The position numbers were made by a program, and so were the translations under genes. From assembly GCA_964195975.1 (NCBI GenBank), contig CAXMQZ010000126.1, forward strand, positions 14,985 through 78,984: DNA of 64,000 nucleotides, in the 5' to 3' direction. The notes below the pieces were generated by a model. That model worked only from the letters and a program-made list of their open reading frames with translations, was not told the DNA's origin and searched no databases. Below, piece after piece: positions 45,810 through 56,395 of the stretch (the first letter of the stretch is position 1; each line of letters begins with the position of its first letter). This stretch comes from an uncultured Polyangiaceae bacterium. GTDB lineage: Bacteria > Acidobacteriota > Thermoanaerobaculia > Multivoradales > JAHEKO01.

Positions 45810-48137
45810 TTAACCGGGGTCGCTGGCGACTCCATCTAGAGCAATGGGAGCAGCCAAGAGCTCGTCGGGGATGCCGAACGCATCGACCAACGGAACCGCT
45901 TGCAATCGCACCTCCGCACATAGTCTGTTGACCAGCTTTCGGATCGCCTTTGATTTGGGAGCCTCCAGATAGCCGTGCGCTTGAAACCAGCCACGGCCGG
46001 CGTCGATGCGACTCAAAGCATAGAGATCACACACCAGGTCCAGCATTTCTCGCAACGACTTGTCGTCGCAGGAGTCGATGCCAGCTATGAACTGCTCGAG
46101 AACGACCGCTTCCACATGAGCCTTGGCCAACGCTATGGCGTGGTCCTGCACCTGATTCAAGGCCTCGAAACTGTCCAGCTCCTTGTCCAGTCGTTTCTTG
46201 ATGCGCTTGGCCAAGCTGATCAACAGGTGTTCCTCACGCCAGCGCAGAGCCGCGCTCTGAAACTCACGGCTTCTCAAATGCTCTTCCTCCGTTCGACGTG
46301 TCACGACCGGGTTGAGCTCCGCCATGGCTGTCGCCGCCTGCGCAGCGACATATCGAGCCAATCCGAGCACTCCCATCTCCCCGAACTGTCTACGGAACCC
46401 TGTCAGAAGGCTCTTTGATACCAATTGAAGCAAGACCGTGTTGTCACCTTCAAAGGTGGTGAAGACATCTGTGTCTGCCTTGAGCGCGGCGAATCGGTTC
46501 TGCGACAAATACCCCTGGCCCCCACAGGCCTCGCGGCACCCTTGGATCGAATCGGTCGCGTGCCAGGTCGCGTACGCCTTCAGTCCCGCGGCAAGCGCCT
46601 CCACCTCACGACGATCCTCATCGAACGATTGGACATATCGTTGGGTCAAATACTTGAGAGCGAAGTCGAGACCATAAGTCGTCGCCAGTCGAGGCATCAG
46701 ACGTCTTTGGTGGGTCCGATAGTCGAGCAGAACAATCTCAGGCTGTCCCTCCGGGCCAAACTGACGACGCCGAACACCGTACCGCGTAGCAATGGTCAAG
46801 GCTGACTTCGAGGCACTCAGTGCGCCAAGAGCAACGCTTACCCGTCCTCCGACCAGGGTGCCGAGCATCGTAAAGAAACGCTTCGCAGGGCTGGCAATCG
46901 GACTCTCGTACTCGCCATCAGCCGATACCCAACCAAATCGATCGAGCAAGTTTTGCCTGGGTACTCGAACGTCGTCAAACCAGATGCGACCGTTGTCGAC
47001 ACCGTTGAGACCCAGCTTTTCGCCACAGTCTTCGATGCCCACACCCTTGCAGGGGATTCCGTCGCCATCACGAATTGGAACCAGAAGGGCATGAACGCCC
47101 TGGTTCTGTCCCTTGACTTCGAGCTGGGCGAATACGGTTGCGAGCCTGCCGTGCAGAGCGGCATTGCCGATGTAGTCTTTTCGGGCATTTTCATTGGGGG
47201 TATTGATGGAGAACTCATCCGAGTCTGGGTCGTACCTGGCAATGGTCTCAAGATCGTAGACATTCGATCCATGGCCGGTCTCGGTCATGGCAAAACAACC
47301 GGGAAGATCGAGTGTCCCCACTCGAGCTAGGTAGGTCTTGTGGTGACGCTCGGTGCCAAGCTGAAGGATGCTGCCGCCAAAGAGCCCGAATTGAACACCC
47401 ATCTTGATCAGGACGCTCAGATCACCGTACGCCGCGGTCTCGAAGGCGGCAACAAAAGCGGCCATATCACCCGAACCTCCGACGTCGACGGGAAAGCTGA
47501 GCGAGCCGATGCCAGCATCGGCGAGAATCTGGACCCGTTCCAGCACCCTTTCCCGGTACTCCTCCGTAGTCACTCCGTAGAGATAAGCGAATTCGGGCTG
47601 GCTGATGAGGTCGCGAACCTTCCTGCGAATCGCTACTTGGTCTCCGTCCAGCAGAGTCGTCATGGCTGCGACATCAAAGGATGGCTTCGGCTCCTTGGGC
47701 GACACCGCCGGTCTTGGAGGTGCCAGAAGTCGTCGCACTACTTCTCTACCTCCCAGAGCGAGGGTCCGCTCGAGGTCGATCAGTGCGCTACGCACCGGAT
47801 CCGAGATCTCTACACCCTCGACCTTGGCCATCTGGGCCCCTAGATCGGTTAGGGAAAGCCGCTCCTCGGCCGACAATGAGGCAGCCGTGGTCCGAATCAG
47901 GGTCAGCAAGGATCCAAGCTCCAACGATGTGGGTGGGTCGTCTGGGTCGAGCCACCCTTTCAATGCCCTCTGACAGGGTTGGTCGACACCATCTACTTCA
48001 CTCAGCTTCGAACAGATCGAGCTGATCTCGCTGTCGCTCAAATCTCCGTCGGCCCAAGCCACATACAGCATGGGGAGGAATGGGTGGAGGGCCGATTCGA
48101 GTGGCTCTAGCGGGTCGCGCGTTCTTGAATGACTCAA
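45810..48137 (-). CDS. Acyl-CoA dehydrogenase/oxidase family protein with a TerB-like N-terminal domain of about 200 aa
   Basis: The ACAD fold region contains FAMTETGHGSNV. The N-terminal LYVAWADGDLSDSEISSI resembles the TerB/DnaJ-like helical motif. It is 775 aa. Confidence 0.75.
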   Translation of the reverse strand: MSHSRTRDPLEPLESALHPFLPMLYVAWADGDLSDSEISSICSKLSEVDGVDQPCQRALKGWLDPDDPPTSLELGSLLTLIRTTAASLSAEERLSLTDLGAQMAKVEGVEISDPVRSALIDLERTLALGGREVVRRLLAPPRPAVSPKEPKPSFDVAAMTTLLDGDQVAIRRKVRDLISQPEFAYLYGVTTEEYRERVLERVQILADAGIGSLSFPVDVGGSGDMAAFVAAFETAAYGDLSVLIKMGVQFGLFGGSILQLGTERHHKTYLARVGTLDLPGCFAMTETGHGSNVYDLETIARYDPDSDEFSINTPNENARKDYIGNAALHGRLATVFAQLEVKGQNQGVHALLVPIRDGDGIPCKGVGIEDCGEKLGLNGVDNGRIWFDDVRVPRQNLLDRFGWVSADGEYESPIASPAKRFFTMLGTLVGGRVSVALGALSASKSALTIATRYGVRRRQFGPEGQPEIVLLDYRTHQRRLMPRLATTYGLDFALKYLTQRYVQSFDEDRREVEALAAGLKAYATWHATDSIQGCREACGGQGYLSQNRFAALKADTDVFTTFEGDNTVLLQLVSKSLLTGFRRQFGEMGVLGLARYVAAQAATAMAELNPVVTRRTEEEHLRSREFQSAALRWREEHLLISLAKRIKKRLDKELDSFEALNQVQDHAIALAKAHVEAVVLEQFIAGIDSCDDKSLREMLDLVCDLYALSRIDAGRGWFQAHGYLEAPKSKAIRKLVNRLCAEVRLQAVPLVDAFGIPDELLAAPIALDGVASDPG

Positions 48138-48240
48138 AGAGACGCTCCTTTCAGAGGGTCGACACCAAGGGTGTCACGATCCGAAACCAGGGACTCTTGA
48201 AGTCTATCTGGATTAGCCCCATCAGAGGGCCCGTAAGATC

Positions 48241-48279
48241 GGCCTGCTACAAAGGCCTGCTACAAAGGCCCCCTACAAA
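48241..48279. repeat. Three tandem 13-bp direct repeats (GGCCTGCTACAAA x2, then GGCCCCCTACAAA) upstream of the acyl-CoA dehydrogenase gene
   Basis: The repeats were read directly from the sequence. They are a candidate operator or iteron-like site. Confidence 0.6.
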
Positions 48280-48901
48280 GGTAAGTCGAGCAAATTCCAG
48301 ATCAACAACCCGCAAAATGTCAGACCAAGAACTACCAGTACCAGGCTAGTTCTCAGATCGAGCAAGGGAATCTCGTCGAGCTTCTCCATACTGAGCACTG
48401 TGTACACGCGTCGATCGCCTTCTCCCCTTTTCCCCACAGACTCAACCTCCCTTTCTCGTCTCATGCGGATCGGGACCCGGTACCTTTACCGCAGATCTCG
48501 ATGTGAATCTTGTGGCGTCCGAGGACAGGTGAAATCCAGGCCTGGTTCAGCGGCGGCACGCCCTTTTCCTCGAACGACCAGAAGCCGAGTGTAGTGCCAA
48601 CGATCTCGAGTTGCTCAGAGCGGTGGGACCGTCCTTCCCAGGACGGTATGAGATATCGATCTATCTCGATGAAAACAGTTTGCTTAGCCTGCTGTGCGCA
48701 GAAATAGCCTTATTTGCATATCTCTTGGGGCCTACTGCCCGTATTGTTCCTGGCCGCGCCAGCAGAATGTCGCAACCGCCTGCCAGATCGGGTCGCACGA
48801 AGGCCCTAATACCGGAGGCAACCTTGAAGTATCTCGAGGAGCGAATACCGGACACGAGATGAGCCGCGGCCTTATGCTGTAGAGTTCTAAAACACTGTGG
48901 G

Positions 48902-49417
48902 CTAGTCGACTCTACGCCAGTGATCGACAAAGACCACATCGCCGTTCTCGTCGGTGGACGTAGCGGTTACTCGATTGCCTTCGAACATCGCAATCACGGC
49001 CTCACCCTTCAAGCTGAATAGGATCGTCTTGCCGTCTCGCATCACAGCGGAGCAGCCTACCTTCTCCGGAGGAGCGCCATATTTAACAACCCCTAGCCCA
49101 TCTACGTTGTTTTGCATCCAATAAATGGGGGTCTCGCAGTACTGATCCTGGGTGAGATTGTACTCACCCACGTAGGAGATCGAGGCCGTTGAGCCATCTT
49201 TGTGCTTCCAAGTAATGTTGAAATTGCGTCGGGAATTGGAATAGGTCATCATCCCGGCGACTCCTTTGGGAGCGTGGAGTTTGTTGCCACCCTTCAAATC
49301 GCGCCACATGAGCTCGTACGATCCGACCAGATCCGAACTCTGGGCCTCCGCCGGCGCCGCGGCCGACAAAGTCAATGTAAGGATCACTCCCAGGACGAGC
49401 AATGAGATGGTTCGCAT
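48902..49417 (-). CDS. Secreted lipocalin-like protein of unknown function
   Basis: I placed the start at the ATG at 49417 (MRTISLLVLGVILTLTLSAAAPAEA signal peptide), preceded by AGGAGG at a 6-nt spacing. The track ORF is longer. Confidence 0.5.
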   Translation of the reverse strand: MRTISLLVLGVILTLTLSAAAPAEAQSSDLVGSYELMWRDLKGGNKLHAPKGVAGMMTYSNSRRNFNITWKHKDGSTASISYVGEYNLTQDQYCETPIYWMQNNVDGLGVVKYGAPPEKVGCSAVMRDGKTILFSLKGEAVIAMFEGNRVTATSTDENGDVVFVDHWRRVD

Positions 49418-49515
49418 GACGGTCCTCCTGCGATGATTGACAACCGTAGCTCGATCAATTGTGGTCCGACCCTTTGCCGAGATACATATCAGCCTACGAT
49501 CCAGCCCTTGGCAAG

Positions 49516-50520
49516 TCAAGGATTCTGGGTGAGATATCGTTCGGGGCCGGCCGAAAACTTGGCCATACATCCTCCGCAACAAAAGTAGTAGTCGACTCCC
49601 TCATATTTGTAGACGTTTGAAGCTCCAGAAGGTTTCACGGTCATGCCACAGATCGGATCGATTGCGATCTCCGCGGACAACTCCGGGTCCGTCTCGACCG
49701 ATTCAGCAACAGAATCCTCGGAATCGGACCAGTCGATTGCCTCTGTATTGCAGCGAAGCTGGACAACCCGCGCCAAAATACTCAGTGCGATCTCTTCTGG
49801 CAGACGCGCCTGGATATCGAGCCCCGCCGGTGCATCGACTCGTGTTAGATCCTCCTCGGAGAATCCCTTCGTTCGCAGAAATGCGCGGATCGACTCGGAA
49901 CGCTTGGGACTCGCCACCAGACCGACATAGCCAGCACCGGCAGCCAAAGCCCGCTCTACCGCCAGCTCATCATGGTCACCATGTGTCGCAACGACGACAT
50001 AGGTCAGCGGTGTGATAAGACTGTCTATCCCGTCGAGACTGTCGGCGACCCGATCGGCGCCGTCTACCGCCTCACTCACGTCGGGAATCCTGACGCCTGA
50101 AATCGCATACCCCATGGTTTTGCCGAGAGCTACTAAAGCGGTAGCGATAGGTAAGTTGCCCACGATCAGCAAATCGGGACGAGGTTGATGTGGATCGATA
50201 TAGATCTCCATAGTTCCACCACTAAAACAAGTCATTGAAAGATCGGTCATGCCGTTGCGCTGTTGTTGGTTGTCGGGCTCGGACGAGAGGCGAATCAGTC
50301 TTGGTCGGTCGTCCCGAAGGGCAGCCAGAGCTTCCTGCAGAACCGTCGGTCGGGCGCAGCTCCCACCGATCCAGCCAAACAACTCGCCATCGAGGGTTAT
50401 GATCGCTTTGTCACCCGGCTGCCCTGATGTCGGCTTGTCGACCCGCACAACGGTAGCCGTTGCGAAGGGTTGCCCACGACGCTGAAGCTCGAGCGCCTTG
50501 GCAAAGAATTCCCGGTACAT
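49516..50520 (-). CDS. XdhC/CoxF-type molybdoenzyme maturation factor fused to a C-terminal YHS/TRASH metal-binding domain
   Basis: The XdhC_CoxI N- and C-domains are present. The final ~50 aa, DPICGMTVKPSGASNVYKYEGVDYYFCCGGCMAKF, match the YHS pattern. Confidence 0.75.
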   Translation of the reverse strand: MYREFFAKALELQRRGQPFATATVVRVDKPTSGQPGDKAIITLDGELFGWIGGSCARPTVLQEALAALRDDRPRLIRLSSEPDNQQQRNGMTDLSMTCFSGGTMEIYIDPHQPRPDLLIVGNLPIATALVALGKTMGYAISGVRIPDVSEAVDGADRVADSLDGIDSLITPLTYVVVATHGDHDELAVERALAAGAGYVGLVASPKRSESIRAFLRTKGFSEEDLTRVDAPAGLDIQARLPEEIALSILARVVQLRCNTEAIDWSDSEDSVAESVETDPELSAEIAIDPICGMTVKPSGASNVYKYEGVDYYFCCGGCMAKFSAGPERYLTQNP

Positions 50521-50538
50521 GGCAATCAGACGGTCGGT

Positions 50539-52974
50539 CTAGTCGGTAACACCGTTATCCCGCAGCAGCTTCCACACCTTGTCTGGTGTTATGGGGATAT
50601 CGATGTGTTTGACTCCCAAGTGCGAAAGAGCATCCACAACCGCATTGGCAATCGCGGGCGGCGCCCCTACGGTTGGCGACTCACCGACCCCTTTGGCACC
50701 CAGAGGATGATGTGGTGACGGCGTGATCGTCTTACCGAGTTCCCATTTTGGAGACTCGACCGCCGTCGGCAACAGGTAATCGGCAAACGTACCTGTCAGG
50801 TTCTGGCCGTTCTCGTCGTAAACGATCTCCTCGAACAAGGCCGGAGCCAGACCCATGGTCAAGCCACCCTCTATCTGGCCTTCGACGATCATCGGATTGA
50901 TAATGTTGCCGCAATCATCCACAGCCACAAATCGACGCACATGTACCTCACCGGTGCCGGTGTCGATGTCCACCACACAGATATAGCTTCCAAATGGAAA
51001 GGTTAGGTTCGGTGGATCGTAGTAGTCGGTCGCTTCGAGACCAGCCTCCATGCCTTGTGGATGATTCGTATAGGCGGCAAAGGCTATCTCTTGAATCGTC
51101 TTGGCCTGATCGGGGGAGCCCTTGACCTGCCACTTGTCGACATTCCATTCGAGATCTTCTTCTCCAACCTCTAGAAGGTGAGCCGCGATCTTGCGCGCCT
51201 TGGCCTTGATCTTTCTCGCCGCCATGGCGCCAGCTGCACCGGCCGTTGGAGTCGAACGGCTGGCATAGGTCCCCAGGCCGTAAGGGGCCGTGTCGGTGTC
51301 GCCCTCTTCGATCTGAATATCCGCTGCTGGCAGTCCGAGCTCTTCGGCAATGATCTGGGCATAGGTCGTCTCATGGCCCTGACCCTGGGATTTGGTCCCG
51401 AAACGAGCAATCGCTTTCCCGGTCGGATGGATGCGGATCTCTGCGGAATCGAACATCTTGATCCCGAGAATGTCGTAGTCCTTCGACGGCCCGGCCCCGA
51501 CCACCTCGGTGAAGCTCGATATGCCAATTCCCATCAACTCACCCCGCTCACGCTTGGCTGCCTGCTCCTCGCGAAGCGCGCGGTAGTCGATCATCTCCAT
51601 GGCTTTCTTGAGTGCGGCCTCGTAGTTACCGCTGTCGTATTCCCAGCCGGTCGGCGACTTGTAGGGAAACTGATCGGGTCGGATAAAGTTCTTGAGCCTG
51701 AAGTCGGCCGGATCCTCGCCGACTTCTGCTGCCATTATGTCGGTCAGCCGCTCGATCATGTGAACCGCTTCGGTGACTCGAAACGAGCACCGATAGGCCA
51801 CCCCACCCGGCGGTTTCGTGGTGTAGACACCGTCGACGACTACGTGTGCCGCCTTCATGTCGTAGGAACCGGTACAGATGCTGTAGAGCCCGGCGGGAAA
51901 TTTCGACGGGTTCGCCGCCGCGTCGGCTGCACCACAATCCGAGATTGTGTTCACCCTCAGACCCGTGATCTTTCCATTGTCATCTGCTGCCATCTCGGCT
52001 TCGATATGGTAGTCGCGGGCAAAGCTGTCGGCCTGTAGGTTCTCGCTTCGGTCTTCGATCCACTTGACCGGCTTTCCAGTCACTAGACTAGCAACCGCAC
52101 AACAGACATACCCCGGATAGATGGGCACCTTGCCGCCAAAACCGCCACCGATATCGGGTGAGATGATCTGCACTTTGTGCTCAGGCAGTCCACTCACCAT
52201 CGAAAACACCGTGCGGTGGGCGTGAGGTGCCTGTGATGTCATGTACATCTGCATGTGCTCGGTAACCTTGTTGTAGTTGGCCACCATGCCACAGGTTTCA
52301 ATCGAGCTGACGTGGAGCCGAGGCAGATAGATCTGCACTTTGACGACATGGCTCGCTTCAGCAAAGACCTTGTCGGTCGCCTCCTTGTCGCCGGCCTCCC
52401 AATGCCAGATATGGTTGGTCGGCTTCTCCTTGTCCTCGCGAACGATCACTTCGTCTTTGAGTGCCTCACGGGGATCGACCACCGCCGGCAACGGCTCGTA
52501 CTCGACATGGATCTTCTCGATTGCATCGGCCGCGATGTATCGGTCGGTAGCGATCACTACGCAGACTTCCTGAGCGTAGTAGATGACTTTGTCGATCGGC
52601 AGAACCATTTGGGTATCGGACATCAGGGTCGGCATCCAATGCAGGTTGCCGGCAGCTTCGAGGTCCTGACCTTTGATGACTGCCACGACGCCCTCCATCG
52701 CCAGCGCCTCACTGTCATCGATGCTGATGATCTTGGCGTGGGCGTAAGGACTGCGGACGATGTCCATGTAGAGCATGCCGGGGAGCTTGACGTCGTCGAC
52801 GTAGTTGCCCTTGCCCTGAATGAATCGCGGATCCTCCTTGCGCTTCATTCGATGACCCATTCCGCAGATGTTTTCCGGTGTGGTAATCCTCACTTTGTCG
52901 GTGGTTTCGACCTGCGCTGATGAGCCCTCGGGTGTGGGTGAGTGATGTTCGAATCGATCTTCCAACTGGGTCAT
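50539..52974 (-). CDS. coxL: Aerobic carbon monoxide dehydrogenase large (molybdopterin) subunit, form I
   Basis: It contains the form I active-site signature VAYRCSFR. It has the 811-aa xanthine dehydrogenase family Mo-binding fold. Confidence 0.9.
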   Translation of the reverse strand: MTQLEDRFEHHSPTPEGSSAQVETTDKVRITTPENICGMGHRMKRKEDPRFIQGKGNYVDDVKLPGMLYMDIVRSPYAHAKIISIDDSEALAMEGVVAVIKGQDLEAAGNLHWMPTLMSDTQMVLPIDKVIYYAQEVCVVIATDRYIAADAIEKIHVEYEPLPAVVDPREALKDEVIVREDKEKPTNHIWHWEAGDKEATDKVFAEASHVVKVQIYLPRLHVSSIETCGMVANYNKVTEHMQMYMTSQAPHAHRTVFSMVSGLPEHKVQIISPDIGGGFGGKVPIYPGYVCCAVASLVTGKPVKWIEDRSENLQADSFARDYHIEAEMAADDNGKITGLRVNTISDCGAADAAANPSKFPAGLYSICTGSYDMKAAHVVVDGVYTTKPPGGVAYRCSFRVTEAVHMIERLTDIMAAEVGEDPADFRLKNFIRPDQFPYKSPTGWEYDSGNYEAALKKAMEMIDYRALREEQAAKRERGELMGIGISSFTEVVGAGPSKDYDILGIKMFDSAEIRIHPTGKAIARFGTKSQGQGHETTYAQIIAEELGLPAADIQIEEGDTDTAPYGLGTYASRSTPTAGAAGAMAARKIKAKARKIAAHLLEVGEEDLEWNVDKWQVKGSPDQAKTIQEIAFAAYTNHPQGMEAGLEATDYYDPPNLTFPFGSYICVVDIDTGTGEVHVRRFVAVDDCGNIINPMIVEGQIEGGLTMGLAPALFEEIVYDENGQNLTGTFADYLLPTAVESPKWELGKTITPSPHHPLGAKGVGESPTVGAPPAIANAVVDALSHLGVKHIDIPITPDKVWKLLRDNGVTD

Positions 52975-53465
52975 GAGCTCACCTCCTCAGAGGTCGGGTT
53001 TGAAATCTTGTCAGCTGCGTACTCGATAGCCTCGACAATCTTGGTGTAACCCGTGCATCTACACAAATTCCCCGAAATGCCCCAGCGAATCTCCTCCTCC
53101 GTCGGGTTCGGATTGTCGGCGAGCAATTGTTTGGCGCTCATGATCATTCCCGGAGTGCAAAAGCCGCACTGCAAGCCGTGCTTTTCCCAAAAACCCTCCT
53201 GAAGAGGATGAAGACCACCGTTGGCAACACTCTCGATGGTTTCGATTGATTTGTCGTTTGCCTGCACCGCGAACAGCGTGCAGCTCTTGATGGCGCGGCC
53301 GTTCAACAGAACGGTGCAGGCGCCACAACTCGTGGTATCGCAACCGATATGAGTGCCCGTGAGATCGAGATTCTCGCGAATAAAGTGAACCAGCAGCATC
53401 CGACTTTCGACTTCACCTGTGACCTCTTCGCCGTTGACGTTCAAGGTTATCGAGTGGTGGCTCAT
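52971..53465 (-). CDS. coxS: CO dehydrogenase small subunit ([2Fe-2S] x2)
   Basis: The cysteine motifs are [11 protein letters not shown] and CGFCTPG. It overlaps coxL by 4 nt. Confidence 0.9.
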   Translation of the reverse strand: MSHHSITLNVNGEEVTGEVESRMLLVHFIRENLDLTGTHIGCDTTSCGACTVLLNGRAIKSCTLFAVQANDKSIETIESVANGGLHPLQEGFWEKHGLQCGFCTPGMIMSAKQLLADNPNPTEEEIRWGISGNLCRCTGYTKIVEAIEYAADKISNPTSEEVSS

Positions 53466-54337
53466 GTCTGGCCTCCTTTGGCTCGGTCGATCGCTTTGGC
53501 GATGGCCCTCTTGGTCACAACCCGGGTCAGGTCTCGCTTGTACTCTACTGAGCCGCGAAGATCGGCCGACGGATCGCAGGCCGCGGCTGCAGCCTTTCCA
53601 GCGGCCTCGAGAGCATCGGCAGAACCGACGCTCCCGATAATGCTTTGCTCTGCCTCGACAGCTCGCATCGGAGTCGGTGAGACGTTGGTCAGGCCAATGC
53701 GCGCGCTCGACACGGTATCCCCATCCATTTGCAGCTGAACTGCTACAGCCGAAATGGCGTAGTCGCCCACCTTGCGCTCGATCTTCAGATAGGCACCGCC
53801 ACTGCCTGTTGAAGGGGTTGGAATTCGTATCTCGGTGAGAATCTCATCGGCCGCAAGCGCGGTTTCAAACAAGCCGATGAAAAACTCATCGATTGCTATG
53901 GCTCGAGCGCCGTTGGTCCCATGAACCATGATCTCGGCTCCATAGGCCAGCATCGCTGCTGGGTGATCGTTGGCCGGATCCGCGTGTACCAGGTTGCCTC
54001 CTACCGTGGCCATATTGCGGACTAGAGGATCGGCGATGACTCGAGCCGTGTCGGCGAGAAGCGGATAGCGTTCCTGCACCAAGGGCGACCCTTCGATCGC
54101 TGACTCCCGGGTCAAACCACCGATGAGAAGATGTTTCCCCTTTTCGCGGATGTATTCGAGGTTCGGGAGTCCATTGATATCGATGAGGATCCCCGGCTGA
54201 GCCAAACGAAAGCGCATTGCAGGAATTAAGCTCTGCCCGCCTGAGAGGATTTTGGCTTCGTCGCCGTGTTGTCCAAGCAATGCAACCGCCTCCTCCAACG
54301 ACGTAGGCGAGTGGTACTCGAAAGATCCTGGTATCAC
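53462..54337 (-). CDS. coxM: CO dehydrogenase medium (FAD-binding) subunit
   Basis: The FAD-binding PCMH fold contains [12 protein letters not shown]. It overlaps coxS by 4 nt. Confidence 0.9.
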   Translation of the reverse strand: MIPGSFEYHSPTSLEEAVALLGQHGDEAKILSGGQSLIPAMRFRLAQPGILIDINGLPNLEYIREKGKHLLIGGLTRESAIEGSPLVQERYPLLADTARVIADPLVRNMATVGGNLVHADPANDHPAAMLAYGAEIMVHGTNGARAIAIDEFFIGLFETALAADEILTEIRIPTPSTGSGGAYLKIERKVGDYAISAVAVQLQMDGDTVSSARIGLTNVSPTPMRAVEAEQSIIGSVGSADALEAAGKAAAAACDPSADLRGSVEYKRDLTRVVTKRAIAKAIDRAKGGQT

Positions 54338-54396
54338 GGTTTGGCCTCCCTACTCTTCAAGATGGGCTCTGGAACGCGGAGTCGCAACGACCCGGC

Positions 54397-55032
54397 TCAG
54401 AGCACGAAATAGAGGATCATCAAGATGATGATGATCACGCCGATGATCATCACCGGCTTCGGAATCAGGTCTTTGGCGACTTCCTTCGCTACGTTGGCGG
54501 CAAACTCGGCTTGAGAAGGCGCTTGCGGAGCTGGGATCGGTGCAGCTTCAATGCCCGGATCTCCTGACCCGTCGACCGCGCTGGCGGCTGCGGCTCGAGC
54601 CGTGAGCGTGGCATTGAGCCCTTCGAGACTCTGTTTGATGATGGCCTTTGCCGAGCTGTCGAGTAGACGTTGGCCGACGCTGGCTATCCTTCCACCTACT
54701 TGAGCATCTCCGGTGTAGCTCATCCGCGTCTGGTCACCCTCGGAAACGAGAGCAACCGTGGCCGTGGCTTTTACAAAGCCAGGTGCGCCCCGACCATCCA
54801 CCGTCATCTTGTAGCCGTTGGGTGGCTGGATGTCCTCTAGTCCGATCTTGCCCTTGAATAGGCCCTGCACAGGTCCGATCTTGATATTCAGATCGCCCTC
54901 ATACTGGTTCTCACCCACAAGTTCGAGTCGTTCGCAACCCGGCATCGTGGCAGCCAGCACCTCCGGATCGAGAAGACCGTTCCACACCTCCTCTTTTCCG
55001 ACATCGAACAAGTAGTCGCCTTCCACCTTCAT
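54397..55032 (-). CDS. coxG: CoxG-like SRPBCC protein with a C-terminal TM anchor
   Basis: The N-terminus is MKVEGDYLFDVGKEEVWNGLLDPEVL and the C-terminal hydrophobic helix is IIGVIIIILMILYFVL. Confidence 0.8.
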   Translation of the reverse strand: MKVEGDYLFDVGKEEVWNGLLDPEVLAATMPGCERLELVGENQYEGDLNIKIGPVQGLFKGKIGLEDIQPPNGYKMTVDGRGAPGFVKATATVALVSEGDQTRMSYTGDAQVGGRIASVGQRLLDSSAKAIIKQSLEGLNATLTARAAAASAVDGSGDPGIEAAPIPAPQAPSQAEFAANVAKEVAKDLIPKPVMIIGVIIIILMILYFVL

Positions 55033-55158
55033 CTGATATCTCCCCTGGATTCAGCCCCCACATCGCCACCCGAACAAGAAACCTCCTCTCCGGTCGGCGC
55101 ATCGCCTGACTCACACTTCGCCGCCAGAATTCAAAAGAGCCGCTTTTGACCTAAGCTA

Positions 55159-56382
55159 TCACAGCCCAGGTGGGAGCCCGGCCGAGGCAAAATCGCCTGA
55201 TTTCACCGATCCCGACCGTCGTCGCGGCAGGGCTCCAAGACGCCGAGCTAACGCTTCTATCGATTGAAAGTTGTGAATCGGCAAAAAATCGTCCACATAC
55301 GGGATCGCTGCTGCCATTCCTTCGACTAACGGCTGATAGGAATCGTGGCCAAGATGCGGATTCAGCCAGATCAGGCGATGGCATCGATGGTGAAGATGCC
55401 TCATTTCGCGACTCAGGGTTTCGACATCTCCCCGCTCCCATCCATCACTGACCACGACGACGATAGCTCCCCTTCGCAACACCCGCCGGCCCCACTCGCG
55501 GTTGAAGGCGCTTAGCGAGTCTCCAATACGGGTTCCACCTGCCCAGTCGAAAACCTCCTGACCGGCTTGGTAGAGCGCCCGGTCGATATTGCGCAGACGA
55601 AGCTCGTTCGTGATCCGCGAAAGACGGGTACCAAAAACAAAACTCTCGACCCGGTGAAGACTGTGTGTAAGGCCATAGAAGAACTGCAGAACCAGCCGCG
55701 AGTACTTCTCCATCGAGCCGCTAATGTCGGCAATCAGAACTATCGGTCGTTGCTTGATCTTCCTCGACTGGTACCAGAGACGGATCGGAGTACCATCGAA
55801 CCGTGCGGCGTCGCGAATGATCCTCCGAAGATGAATCCTTCGCCCTCTGGGATCCGAGACTCGTCGCCGGGTTCGGCGTAGCGCGGCTTGCCATCTCAGA
55901 CCCTCGATCAGTTCACGCACGCTCTCGAGCTCATCCGGAGTCATGTCGGCAAAACCCTTTCGGTGAACGATCTCTTCCTGGCTATAGGTGCCGGTGCGAT
56001 CGGCGACATCGATCTTCGGATCATTCGACCCCGCCCTTGCCGCCATGTAGTGGACAAGACTGAACTGCCGCTGCTTTTTCAGGTCGTAGCGAGGTGCGAT
56101 CGGTGCCTGGGCTCGGCCGGCGGTACTGCTCGAGGTCTGCGGGTGCCAATAGCGCTCGAACAGTAGCGAAAACAGAGTCAGATCCTCTGATCTCGTCACA
56201 TAGCAGGAGCGAGCCGCACTGAAGACCTGATCCCGATTGCCGATATCGATCCAGGTCAGCGCACGCGCAAAGGTGAGGTTTTGATCGGCTGAGACCGGTA
56301 GACCTGCTCGGCGAAGAAGCCTACCGAACACTACAACATTGGATAGAAACGGCGCACCGGCTGTGGCGATGGCGGGATTCAA
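55159..56382 (-). CDS. coxE: VWA-domain protein, CoxE-like
   Basis: It has a VWA_CoxE architecture with MIDAS residues (DISGSM). It is adjacent to the MoxR ATPase. Confidence 0.8.
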   Translation of the reverse strand: MNPAIATAGAPFLSNVVVFGRLLRRAGLPVSADQNLTFARALTWIDIGNRDQVFSAARSCYVTRSEDLTLFSLLFERYWHPQTSSSTAGRAQAPIAPRYDLKKQRQFSLVHYMAARAGSNDPKIDVADRTGTYSQEEIVHRKGFADMTPDELESVRELIEGLRWQAALRRTRRRVSDPRGRRIHLRRIIRDAARFDGTPIRLWYQSRKIKQRPIVLIADISGSMEKYSRLVLQFFYGLTHSLHRVESFVFGTRLSRITNELRLRNIDRALYQAGQEVFDWAGGTRIGDSLSAFNREWGRRVLRRGAIVVVVSDGWERGDVETLSREMRHLHHRCHRLIWLNPHLGHDSYQPLVEGMAAAIPYVDDFLPIHNFQSIEALARRLGALPRRRSGSVKSGDFASAGLPPGL

Positions 56383-56395
56383 CTCGGATCGGTCC

